Assembly (NCBI GenBank): GCA_963745295.1
Contig: CAVUWG010000007.1
Location: 258,382-322,381, forward strand
Length of the DNA stretch: 64,000 nucleotides
Origin: an uncultured Chloroflexia bacterium
Lineage (GTDB): Bacteria > Chloroflexota > Limnocylindria > Limnocylindrales > CSP1-4
Direction: 5' to 3'
A program made the translations under genes and the position numbers. Each line of letters opens with the position of its first letter. Position 1 is the stretch's first letter. This document shows positions 47,486-55,700 of the stretch, one piece after another. Below the pieces are notes generated by a model, which was given only the letters and a program-made list of their open reading frames with translations, did no database searches and had not been told where the DNA came from.

Positions 47486-49647
47486 CCGGCAGGCTCCGGT
47501 ATCGGTTCCGGGGCGCCCGGCGGGATCGGCGGATCCACGACCTCCACGGGGGGAGCATCGGCCCCGTCGAACAGGTGCAGGACGGTCCGCCACGTGGTCG
47601 CGACCACGCCGAGGAACGGCACCACCAGGAACATGCCGATGATCCCGGCGATCGCGCTCCCGGCCGGGATGGCGAGCAGGACGATCGCCGGGTGCAGGTT
47701 GACGGCCTTGCCGTACACGAGTGGCGCGACGATGTTGCCCGTGACGATGTTGAAGATGATCGTGAACAGGCCCATGACGATGATGTCGGTCCTGTCGCCG
47801 GTCGCCACGGTGACGAGGAACGCGAAGCCCGTCGTGATGAACGACCCGATGTACGGGACGAACCCTCCGAAGAACGAGAGGACAGCGAGCGGCAACGCCA
47901 ATGGGATCCCGAGCACGACCATGATCACGAACTGGGAGACGGCCCCGAAGATGGAGATCGCCCCGGTCCCGACCATGTAGCCGCCCAGGACGCCCGACGC
48001 GCCGCGGCCGGCCTCGTTGAGCTTCGCGCGCTTGACGGGTGCCAGACCGGCGATCGCCTGGCCCCAGAGGCCGGGGCCATCGCGCAGGAAGAAGAAGGTC
48101 AGGACGGCGGCGAGCAGGAGGGCGACGACGAATCCGGCCAGACCCAGGATCAGGCCGGCGACGGACTCGAGCATGCCCGATCCGATCGACGCGACGAGGC
48201 CGGCCAGGCCAAGCGCCTTCGCGTCCGTCTGGTCGGCACCGGCCGCCGATGTCGTCACGATCTCCTGGAGCGGTCCGACCATGGAGGCCAGGGTCAGGAA
48301 CAGGATGGCGACGGCAGCGATGAAGGCCCCCAACGTCACGGCCGCGGCGGCCCCGGTCCGACTCCAACCCCGTTGGCGGAGCCAGCCGGCCCCCGGCTCG
48401 AGCGTCGCGGCGAAGACGACGGCGATGACGATCGGCAGGATCACGGACGGCACGTTCACGGCCGCGGCGATCCCGACCAGCAGCACGGCGACGACGACGA
48501 GTGCCCGCCAACTCCACTGCGCGAGCCGGTCCAGCCAGATCGGCACGCTCCCCGACGCCGCCGCCTCTCGAGCCTTCGGTCCGATGTCGAGGGCGTTGAC
48601 GACGGACCGGCTCGTCGTCTGGACGAACGCGACGACCGGCAGCGCGGCGACAAGCCCGAGGTATCCGGCGAGCGTGCCGCCGACCAGGAGCGCGATCAAC
48701 ACCAACGCCGGGTGGATGACGATGGTCCTCGGGTAGATCAATGGGTCGACGAACCGGCGCTGGATGACGTTCGTGATCGCGATCAGCGCGAGCAGGATCA
48801 CCACGTCGGTCAGGCCGTTGGTCCCCCACGTCACGAGGACGAGCACCGCCGTGGCCATGACGGGCCCGACGTACGGCACGAAGCCCGCGAGCAACACGAG
48901 CACCGCGAGCGGCCCGGCCAGGGGCACGCCCAGGATCGTGAGGAACACGAAGGTCGATGCGGCATCGGTGGCGGCGGTGACGGCGGTGGCGCGGAGATAG
49001 CCGCCGACCAGCTCCAGGGCATTGCGGCCGCTGGCCGTCAGGGACTCGCGCCGCCAGCCGCTGGTCCCACTGACCGTCCATTCCCAGGCCTTCTCCCCGT
49101 CCTGGAGCAGGAAGAACGTCAGGAAGCCCGCCAGGAACCCGATCGTGGCCATGGTTGCCACGGACCCGAGCGCCGCTCCGACGGCCGCCGCGATCGCTTC
49201 ACCGATGCCGGCCGTGACCTGCTGGATCGCGGTCAGGACCTCGGGCGGGACCGCAACGTCTGCGAGAGCCGATCGAAGCGATGTCAGGCCCACCTCGACG
49301 GCCGAGGCGACCGCAACGAGGGACGGGACGAGGGCCAGGATCACCAGGAGGACGGCCCCGCCGAAGATCCCAAGGGCAGCGACGCAGACGACGCCCGCCG
49401 CCTTGGTGGGTGACCATCCGCGCTGGCGGAGGGCGTCGACGTACGGCGCGAAGGTCGCGGCGATGATCACGGCGACCACGACCGATGCCGTGACCGTCGA
49501 CAAGACGAGCGCCAGGGTCACCAGGACCAGGCCGAACGCGAGCGCGACCAGGAATCGCCAGCCCAGCCCCGCGATATTCACGAGCCATGGCGGGACCAAC
49601 GCGCGACCGGGCGGCGCGGGACCGCCCGTCGTCGTCGAGGGGAGCAT
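47482..49647 (-). CDS. Tandem (duplicated) AI-2E/PerM-family transporter in a single polypeptide
   Basis: Two complete AI-2E-like modules. Each contains '...FFLLQDG/FFFLRDG...', 'GGYL/GGYM', 'VPLAGPLAVLVLLAGFVPYVGP / IPLALPLAVLSFFGGFVPYIGS' and 'HPALVLIALLVGG / HPAIVLLAIPAGS'. The junction is near 48540-48600 and has no stop. Confidence 0.85.
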   Translation of the reverse strand: MLPSTTTGGPAPPGRALVPPWLVNIAGLGWRFLVALAFGLVLVTLALVLSTVTASVVVAVIIAATFAPYVDALRQRGWSPTKAAGVVCVAALGIFGGAVLLVILALVPSLVAVASAVEVGLTSLRSALADVAVPPEVLTAIQQVTAGIGEAIAAAVGAALGSVATMATIGFLAGFLTFFLLQDGEKAWEWTVSGTSGWRRESLTASGRNALELVGGYLRATAVTAATDAASTFVFLTILGVPLAGPLAVLVLLAGFVPYVGPVMATAVLVLVTWGTNGLTDVVILLALIAITNVIQRRFVDPLIYPRTIVIHPALVLIALLVGGTLAGYLGLVAALPVVAFVQTTSRSVVNALDIGPKAREAAASGSVPIWLDRLAQWSWRALVVVAVLLVGIAAAVNVPSVILPIVIAVVFAATLEPGAGWLRQRGWSRTGAAAAVTLGAFIAAVAILFLTLASMVGPLQEIVTTSAAGADQTDAKALGLAGLVASIGSGMLESVAGLILGLAGFVVALLLAAVLTFFFLRDGPGLWGQAIAGLAPVKRAKLNEAGRGASGVLGGYMVGTGAISIFGAVSQFVIMVVLGIPLALPLAVLSFFGGFVPYIGSFITTGFAFLVTVATGDRTDIIVMGLFTIIFNIVTGNIVAPLVYGKAVNLHPAIVLLAIPAGSAIAGIIGMFLVVPFLGVVATTWRTVLHLFDGADAPPVEVVDPPIPPGAPEPIPEPAG

Positions 49648-49717
49648 CAGGTCACCGTCGTGAGGTGCGAGGCGACCGACGGCGCCGGCCATCGACCGGC
49701 GCCGGATCGCTCATCGC

Positions 49718-50185
49718 TCAGCCGATGGTCTGCGACTTGAGCTTCTCGAACTCGGCATCCGAGATCGCGCCCTTGGCCTTGAGGTCCAGGAGCAAGGCGA
49801 TCTGGTCGGCGGACGAGACGCCGGCCGCGGCCTTCATCCCGGCGTCCATCTGGGCCATCCGGCGGACATCGCCGGCGGTCACCTTCGGCCGCACGATGAT
49901 GTAGATCAGGGAACCGAGGAACGGGAGGACGATCAGCAACAGGATCCACAGCGCCTTGCTGAGGCCCGTGAGGTCTTCTCGCCGGAAGATGTCCCCGAAC
50001 AGCGAGATGAAGATCCAGAGGAACGTGAACCAGAAGAAGAAGAACACCATCGACCAGATGACATCCCAGAACGTCATGCTCTGGGTGCCGACCTGATTGC
50101 AGCCCGCGAGCACGACCGCGAGCAACGCCAGCAGCGGCAGCCCCGGCGTGCCGAAGCGGCGTCGGGCGATAGCCTGTCGAATCAT
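49718..50185 (-). CDS. PLDc_N (cardiolipin-synthase N-terminal-like) membrane domain + SHOCT domain protein
   Basis: 'FWDVIWSMVFFFFWFTFLWIFISLFGDIFRR.DL.G..KALWILLLIVLPFLGSLIYIIVR', followed by the SHOCT-like 'SADQIALLLDLKAKGAISDAEFEKLKSQ'. tggagga RBS lies before ATG 50185. Confidence 0.7.
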   Translation of the reverse strand: MIRQAIARRRFGTPGLPLLALLAVVLAGCNQVGTQSMTFWDVIWSMVFFFFWFTFLWIFISLFGDIFRREDLTGLSKALWILLLIVLPFLGSLIYIIVRPKVTAGDVRRMAQMDAGMKAAAGVSSADQIALLLDLKAKGAISDAEFEKLKSQTIG

Positions 50186-50455
50186 TCGAATCCTCCATGT
50201 CCCGTCGGAGTCACACCCCGACGCCCGGCATCCCCTCGCGGCCGGGGCCATGCTGACGTCCGATCTGGATGCAACAGCCACCCGGTGCGAGCGCCATCAT
50301 CAGACCCGGGTGTTGCCTGGTGACGCCCGACTCGGATGGTACGACCCATGACCAGCCTCGTTGAGCCGAACGTGCACCGCTGACGCCATCGTCACGGCAG
50401 CCGACAAGCACGGCGAGCCCATGGACCGGGCGGTATCCTCGGTCCCGTGCCTGAC

Positions 50456-51323
50456 ATGACCGCGCAGACGACCGCTCTCGTGGACTGGCTCAGCACCAAC
50501 GGCGTCGTGCTGGCCGTCGTCGCCATCGTGCTGCTCCTCGTCTACCGCTGGGCACGGCCGGCGATCCACCGGGTCCTGGTCAGCGTGATGCACGCTCAGG
50601 CGGTCAGCCTCGGTGAGGGCGTCGACCGTCACGAGCGAGATCGACCGCCGGGTCGCAACGATCGAGGACCTGCTGGCGAAGGTGCTCCGATTCGGCGTCG
50701 TGGCGACCCTGATCGTCGTCATCCTCGGCATCTTCGATCTCTGGTCGGTCCTTACCGGCCTCGGGCTGCTGCTCGCGGCGATCACCCTCGCCGGCCAGAG
50801 CATCGTCCTCGACTACCTGATGGGGTTCCTCATCCTCGTCGAAGGCCAGTACTTCAAGGGCGACGTCGTCCGCGTCGGGGCCGTCGAGGGGACCGTCGAG
50901 GAGGTCGGACTCCGCCGGACCCTGCTCCGCGACCCGCGCGGAGTCCTCCACTCGATCTCGAACGGCGAGATCCGGTCGTCCTCGAACCTGACCCGCACCT
51001 ACGCCGTCGCGATGATCAACATCGACGGCATCGCCGACACCGACATCGAACGCGCCATGGGCGTGATGGACATCGTCGGCGCGGAGCTGGCAACGGATAC
51101 CACCTGGACGGCGCAGGTCCTGGAACCGCCTGGCCCGTCGACCATCGTCCGGCTGCAGGCAGGCGGGGCGACCTTGCGGCTCGGCATCCGCGTCCGCCCG
51201 GAGGCACGGCTGGCGGTCGAAGCCGACCTGCGCCGGAGGGTCGCCGCTGGGCTCGCGGGGGCTGGCATCGAGCCGATCCGACCGTCCGTGCCCGCGGGCG
51301 TCGCAGGGACCCGGGTCCCGTGA
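50456..51323 (+). pseudogene. MscS-family mechanosensitive channel, single frameshift after TM1 (about 50610-50625)
   Basis: TM1 'GVVLAVVAIVLLLVY' is in frame 50447+3n. The remainder ('RRVATIEDLLAKVLRFGVVATLIVVILGIF...LAGQSIVLDYLMGFLILVEGQYFKGDVVRVGAVEGTVEEVGLRRTLLRDPRGVLHSISNGEI') is in frame 50613+3n. Confidence 0.7.
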
Positions 51324-52318
51324 AGGAGATGGCCTGGGTCCCCGGCGGCACGTTCCAGATGGGGTCCGATGACTGGTATCCGGAGGAGCGACCCGTCCAT
51401 CCGGTCAACGTCGATCCGTTCTGGATGGACGAGCACCAGGTCACCGTCGCCGAGTTCCGGCGGTTCGTGAAGGCCACGGACTACGTCACGATGGCCGAGC
51501 GGCCGTTGGACCCGGCGATGTACCCGGATGCCTTGCCGTCCCTGCTCGTCCCCGGGTCCCTCGTGTTCCAGCGGACCCGCGGGCCGGTGCCACTGAACGA
51601 CTACCGGAACTGGTGGGCGTACGTGCCCGGGGCGTCGTGGCGCCACCCGGAAGGGCCGGGCTCGACGCTCGACGGACGCGACCGGCACCCGATCACCCAC
51701 GTCGCGTTCGAGGATGCCGAGGCCTATGCGACGTGGGCGGGCAAGGCCCTGCCGACCGAGGCCGAGTGGGAGTTCGCGGCCCGCGGCGGCCTCGAGGGGG
51801 CCACCTATCCGTGGGGCAACGAGTTCGCGCCGAAGGGCCGGATGATGGCCAACACCTGGCAGGGCGAGTTCCCGTGGCAGAACACCCTCGACGACAAGTA
51901 CCAGGGCACGTCGCCGGTGAAGACGTTCCCGCCGAACGGCTACGGCCTCTACGACGTGGCCGGGAACGTCTGGGAGTGGACGGTCGACTTCTACGCCTCG
52001 AGCCACCCCGACGCGGTCGATCACCCGTGCTGCGCGCCACACAATCCGCGCAACCTCTCGCCCGACGACAGCTACGACACCGGGATGCCCGGCGACCACA
52101 TCCCGCGCCGGGTCACCAAGGGCGGCTCGCACCTGTGCGCGCCGAACTACTGCCACCGCTACCGGCCGGCGGCCCGCCAGGGCGAACCCGTCGACACCTC
52201 GACGGCCCACATCGGGTTCCGGTGCGTCGTCCGCGAGCGAGCCCGGACCCTAGGAACAGCCGGGCGGATCAGCCCAGGATCGCGTCGAGACCCTCGCCGA
52301 CGAGCTTCGCCCCGATGA
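51320..52318 (+). CDS. Formylglycine-generating enzyme (SUMF1/FGE family)
   Basis: 'MAWVPGGTFQMGSDDWYPEERPVHPV.VDPFWMDEHQVTVAEFRRFV', 'HPITHVAFEDAEAYATWAGKALPTEAEWEFAARGG', 'GNVWEWTVD' and 'RVTKGGSHLCAPNYCHRYRPAAR' (active-site Cys pair). Start is GTG 51320 or ATG 51329. Confidence 0.9.
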   Translation: MKEMAWVPGGTFQMGSDDWYPEERPVHPVNVDPFWMDEHQVTVAEFRRFVKATDYVTMAERPLDPAMYPDALPSLLVPGSLVFQRTRGPVPLNDYRNWWAYVPGASWRHPEGPGSTLDGRDRHPITHVAFEDAEAYATWAGKALPTEAEWEFAARGGLEGATYPWGNEFAPKGRMMANTWQGEFPWQNTLDDKYQGTSPVKTFPPNGYGLYDVAGNVWEWTVDFYASSHPDAVDHPCCAPHNPRNLSPDDSYDTGMPGDHIPRRVTKGGSHLCAPNYCHRYRPAARQGEPVDTSTAHIGFRCVVRERARTLGTAGRISPGSRRDPRRRASPR

Positions 52319-52956
52319 CGATGAAGAGCACCGCCATGACCGCGGCGTTGTTCGCCGTCAGCCAGGACCTTCCAGCCGTCGAGCGTCCGCTTCGCCCCCT
52401 CGCCGCCGACGAGCACGTAGACCACGGGCACCGCGACCGTGAGGCTGGCGAGGACCACGAACAGGATGATCAGGGCGGCCTCGTTGCCACCCGCGATGAC
52501 GGCACGGTCGATGACGACTCCGGCCGCGATCGCGAGGCCCAGGTTCTTGGGATTCAGCGCCGAGAGCGCGATCCCGAAGACGAGCGCCTTGCCCGGTGCG
52601 AAACCATCGATCGCCTGCATCCAGGACGGCATGGCCGCATCCTCGCCAGGCTTCGGTCGACCTCGCCACTGCTTGACGCCGAGCGCGATCGCCCCGAGGC
52701 CAAGGAGCAGCAGGATGAGGTCGCCGATGGACGGACCACCTCCCGTCTCGTCGTTGGCGTTCGTCGTGTCGGTGAGGATGACGACGACCGTGGTGACGAC
52801 CGCGATGCCGACCACCCAGCCGACGAGGAACGCCGGTCCGTTCACCCGCGCCTTCACCGAGAACAGCATCAGGATGCACGCGATGATCGGGATCGGGCTG
52901 ATGGCGATGCCGACGGCGAGCGGCAACAGGTCCCCGAGGGCGCTATCGAACATCAT
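52269..52956 (-). pseudogene. GAP (DUF2910/Sap-like) family membrane protein, frameshift near the 3' end (about 52368)
   Basis: 'MMFDSALGDLLPLAVGIAISPIPIIACILMLFS...' continues to 'RTLDGWK'. The conserved tail 'SWLTANNAAVMAVLFIVIGAKLVGEGLDAILG*' follows in the +1 frame and stops at 52269. The literal ORF instead runs to 52159. Confidence 0.6.
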
Positions 52957-52977
52957 GGCCTCCTTGGATGATCGTTG

Positions 52978-53292
52978 TCAGTCATGAGGCTCCACGGGCT
53001 GGATGTTCCTCGATGCTTCGACCGCGGCCGCGATGGTCGGATAGACGACCGCGTCCCCCGCCCCGTCAGCCCGCAGCACGTCGCGCACCTGTCCCACGTT
53101 CCGCGTGTAGACGATCGTCTGCCCGGTCGCCGCGAGCGTCGACTTCAGCTCATCGAGCATCTTCGCGGCCGTCAGGTCGACGGCCGGCACGGTCTCCAGG
53201 TCCAGCACGATGGTCCTGACGCCGGGCACCCCCGCCGCCGCCCGGATGGCGTCCCGGACCCGGTCCGCGTTCGCGAAGAATTCTTCATGAGC
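52978..53292 (-). pseudogene. Remnant of a SulP-family transporter: C-terminal STAS-domain fragment only
   Basis: The open frame from 53292 encodes 'EEFFANADRVRDAIRAAAGVPGVRTIVLDLETVPAVDLTAAKMLDELKSTLAATGQTIVYTRNVGQVRDVL', the typical STAS end of SulP. No transmembrane part lies upstream. The frame opens inside the 3' end of the neighbouring TRIC gene. Confidence 0.5.
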
Positions 53293-53968
53293 TCAGGACC
53301 GGCTGGCCGTGGTCCGCATGCGGCAGCGGCTCCTCCCATCTGAGGCGTCGGGCAGCCACCCGGAACGTGAAACCGACGACGAACGCGAGGAGCGTCGCCG
53401 GCCAGATCGTCAGGCCCAGTCCGGCATCTGCGACGATGTACACGACGCTGGTCAGGACCGCCGTCCCGACGAACCACTCGCCGCGCACGAAGTGCTGCGG
53501 GGTCACGCCGGACGTGATGTCGATCAGGAACCGGCCGGCGGTCGGCCCGACGACGCCGATCAGGACGCAGGCGAGGTATGGGAGCTGCGCGTCGAGGGCC
53601 TTGTTGGCGCCGACCGCGGCGTACCAGGGCAGCGAGAAGGCAGACATGAAGTCGAAGACGCGAGCGGTGCGCGCCGCGTCCAGCTGGCCGGAGATCCGCA
53701 AGGCCAGGAAGCCGGCCAGCGCGCACAGGATCAGATAGAGCGGGTTCGTGAGGGCCGACGGGATGTCGTTGAGCAGCACGTCCCGAGAGACGCCGCCACC
53801 GATGCCGCCGAAGACGGCGATCAGCAGGATGCCGACCACGGTGTACTTCCGGTAGTGCGACGGTTGCCGCGCCAGGAGCGCCCCGTTGAACGCGTTGGTC
53901 GTCGCGGCGATCAGGTCGATGATCGTGAAGTCGCCGAGGTCCAGATGCCAGAAGTTGCTCAGATCCAT
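53285..53968 (-). CDS. TRIC/UPF0126-family (YadS-like) cation channel membrane protein
   Basis: Two repeats of the glycine-rich motif: 'AVFGGIGGGVSRDVLL' and 'GVVGPTAGRFLIDI'. Seven predicted TM segments. Confidence 0.8.
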   Translation of the reverse strand: MDLSNFWHLDLGDFTIIDLIAATTNAFNGALLARQPSHYRKYTVVGILLIAVFGGIGGGVSRDVLLNDIPSALTNPLYLILCALAGFLALRISGQLDAARTARVFDFMSAFSLPWYAAVGANKALDAQLPYLACVLIGVVGPTAGRFLIDITSGVTPQHFVRGEWFVGTAVLTSVVYIVADAGLGLTIWPATLLAFVVGFTFRVAARRLRWEEPLPHADHGQPVLSS

Positions 53969-53986
53969 GCTGCGTGTCCGCCTTCC

Positions 53987-55669
53987 TCAAGCCGCAGGCG
54001 ACCCGGCGGGAGCCGCTCGCGGGGTGGCCGTCGTCGATGCCGGGGCCGCATCCAGCTCTCGGTATTCCGCGAGCAGCCGATGCTCCTCGTCCCGGTGGGG
54101 GAACTTCACGAAGACCAGGACCGCGCCGAGCAGGACGGCGATGATGCCGGCCAGGTACGCCCACTGGTCGCCGGCCAGGAACGCTTCCTTGGCGGCCTGG
54201 GTGATCTGCGCCGTGTACTGCGGATACTGCGCTGCGATGTCGGCCGCGCCCGCGTACGACATCGTGAGCTGGTTCTGGACACTGGAGGTGAGGTCCGGGT
54301 TGGGCGGCACCCCCGCAAGCGCCGCCGCTGCCGCGGCCGCATAGCCGGCGGTCAGTAGCGCACCGAAGATCGACTGCATGATCGCCCCGCCCAGGTCCCG
54401 CTGGAGATCGGCCGTCCCGGATGCCATCCCGGCCCGGGTGACCGGCACTGATCCCGTCAGTGAGCGTGACGCCGGCGTCCCCGCCAGCCCAACACCGATG
54501 CCCACCAAGCCGTAGCCAAGGCCCACGACGAGGTACGGGCTCCCCTCCCCCCACAGCAGCAGCATCGTCAGGAACCCGAGGAAGACGAACACGTAGCCGA
54601 ACAGGAGTGTGAAGCGCGCTCCCCGAGCCTCGACGATGACCGCCGATCGCGGTGCGACAAGGACCATCAGCAGTGCGGCGGGCAGGATCGCGATCCCCGC
54701 GTCGAACGTCGAGTACTGGAGGACGTTCTGCAGGTATTGCTGGCCGATGAACATCGCACCCATCAGCGAGCCGAACACGATGATCCCGGCCAGGGCAGCG
54801 ACCCAGAACGTCGGCCGGGCGGCGATGACGAGGTCGTAGAGCGGGTCCTTGGCCCGCCGCTGCCGGATGACGAACGCGATGGTCGCCGCGATGCAGATGA
54901 TCGCGAGCCCGATGACCAGAGCCCCCATGTTCGGCACGGGCGCGAAGTTGATGGCCAGGATCAGCGTCCCGACCAGGACGGCGGACAGGATGCCGCCCAG
55001 GTTGTCGACCGGGTCGCTCGTTTCATGCACGTGCGCCGGGACGAACCGCCAGGCCATGAACAACGCGACCGCGGCGAGTGGCAGCGTCACGAGGAAGACC
55101 GAGCCCCACTCGAACCGCTCGAGCAAGAACCCGGAGACGAGCGGGCCGAGGGCGGCGATGGCGCCGCCCAGGGCCGACCAGAGTGCGATCGAGTGCGTCC
55201 GTCCGGGTCCCGGCGCCCAGAGCGCCGTGATCAGGGCCAGGGTCGTCGGGTAGGCCATGCCGGCAGAGACCCCACCGAGAACCCGTGCCGCGATCAGCAC
55301 TTCGATCGATGGGGCGAATGCGGCGGCGAGACAAGCCGGGATGGACAGCCCGATGCCGAGCAGCAGCAACATCTTCCGGCCATAGCGGTCGCCGAGCGCA
55401 CCCAGCCACAGGACCGAGGCGGCCAGGCCCAGTGAGTAGCCGACCGCGACGAGATCCAATGCCGTCTGGGACGCCGTGAACGCGAGGCCGATCGAGGGCA
55501 GCGCGACGTTGGCGACCGACAGGTTCAGGTTCGCGACGGCCGCGACGATGATCAGTGACGCGAGGATCACGCCGCCATGCGCCGGGCCGCTGGCAGCACC
55601 CGCGGAAGCCGCGGGAGCCCCGGCTGGAGGCTTGGCCGCCTCCCCCGGGGCGTTGGCGGTGGCACTCAT
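53987..55669 (-). CDS. MFS transporter, DHA2 (14-TMS EmrB/QacA-like) family
   Basis: 'LNLSVANVALPSIGLAF', 'GALGDRYGRKMLLLLG' (motif A), 'RVLGGVSAGMAYP'. ATG 55669 is in frame, 32 nt downstream of the sulfatase stop. Confidence 0.9.
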   Translation of the reverse strand: MSATANAPGEAAKPPAGAPAASAGAASGPAHGGVILASLIIVAAVANLNLSVANVALPSIGLAFTASQTALDLVAVGYSLGLAASVLWLGALGDRYGRKMLLLLGIGLSIPACLAAAFAPSIEVLIAARVLGGVSAGMAYPTTLALITALWAPGPGRTHSIALWSALGGAIAALGPLVSGFLLERFEWGSVFLVTLPLAAVALFMAWRFVPAHVHETSDPVDNLGGILSAVLVGTLILAINFAPVPNMGALVIGLAIICIAATIAFVIRQRRAKDPLYDLVIAARPTFWVAALAGIIVFGSLMGAMFIGQQYLQNVLQYSTFDAGIAILPAALLMVLVAPRSAVIVEARGARFTLLFGYVFVFLGFLTMLLLWGEGSPYLVVGLGYGLVGIGVGLAGTPASRSLTGSVPVTRAGMASGTADLQRDLGGAIMQSIFGALLTAGYAAAAAAALAGVPPNPDLTSSVQNQLTMSYAGAADIAAQYPQYTAQITQAAKEAFLAGDQWAYLAGIIAVLLGAVLVFVKFPHRDEEHRLLAEYRELDAAPASTTATPRAAPAGSPAA

Positions 55670-55700
55670 CAGCGCGGACCGATCAGTGTGGTCACGGTCG

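Noticed and set aside
51320-52318. The FGE C-terminal 30 residues ('...[28 protein letters not shown]') and their 50-160-nt convergent overlap with the GAP-family gene as a meaningful antisense arrangement.
   Set aside because: The overlap largely disappears once the GAP gene frameshift is corrected (stop at 52269). The FGE tail is low-complexity and may simply run on to the first available stop.
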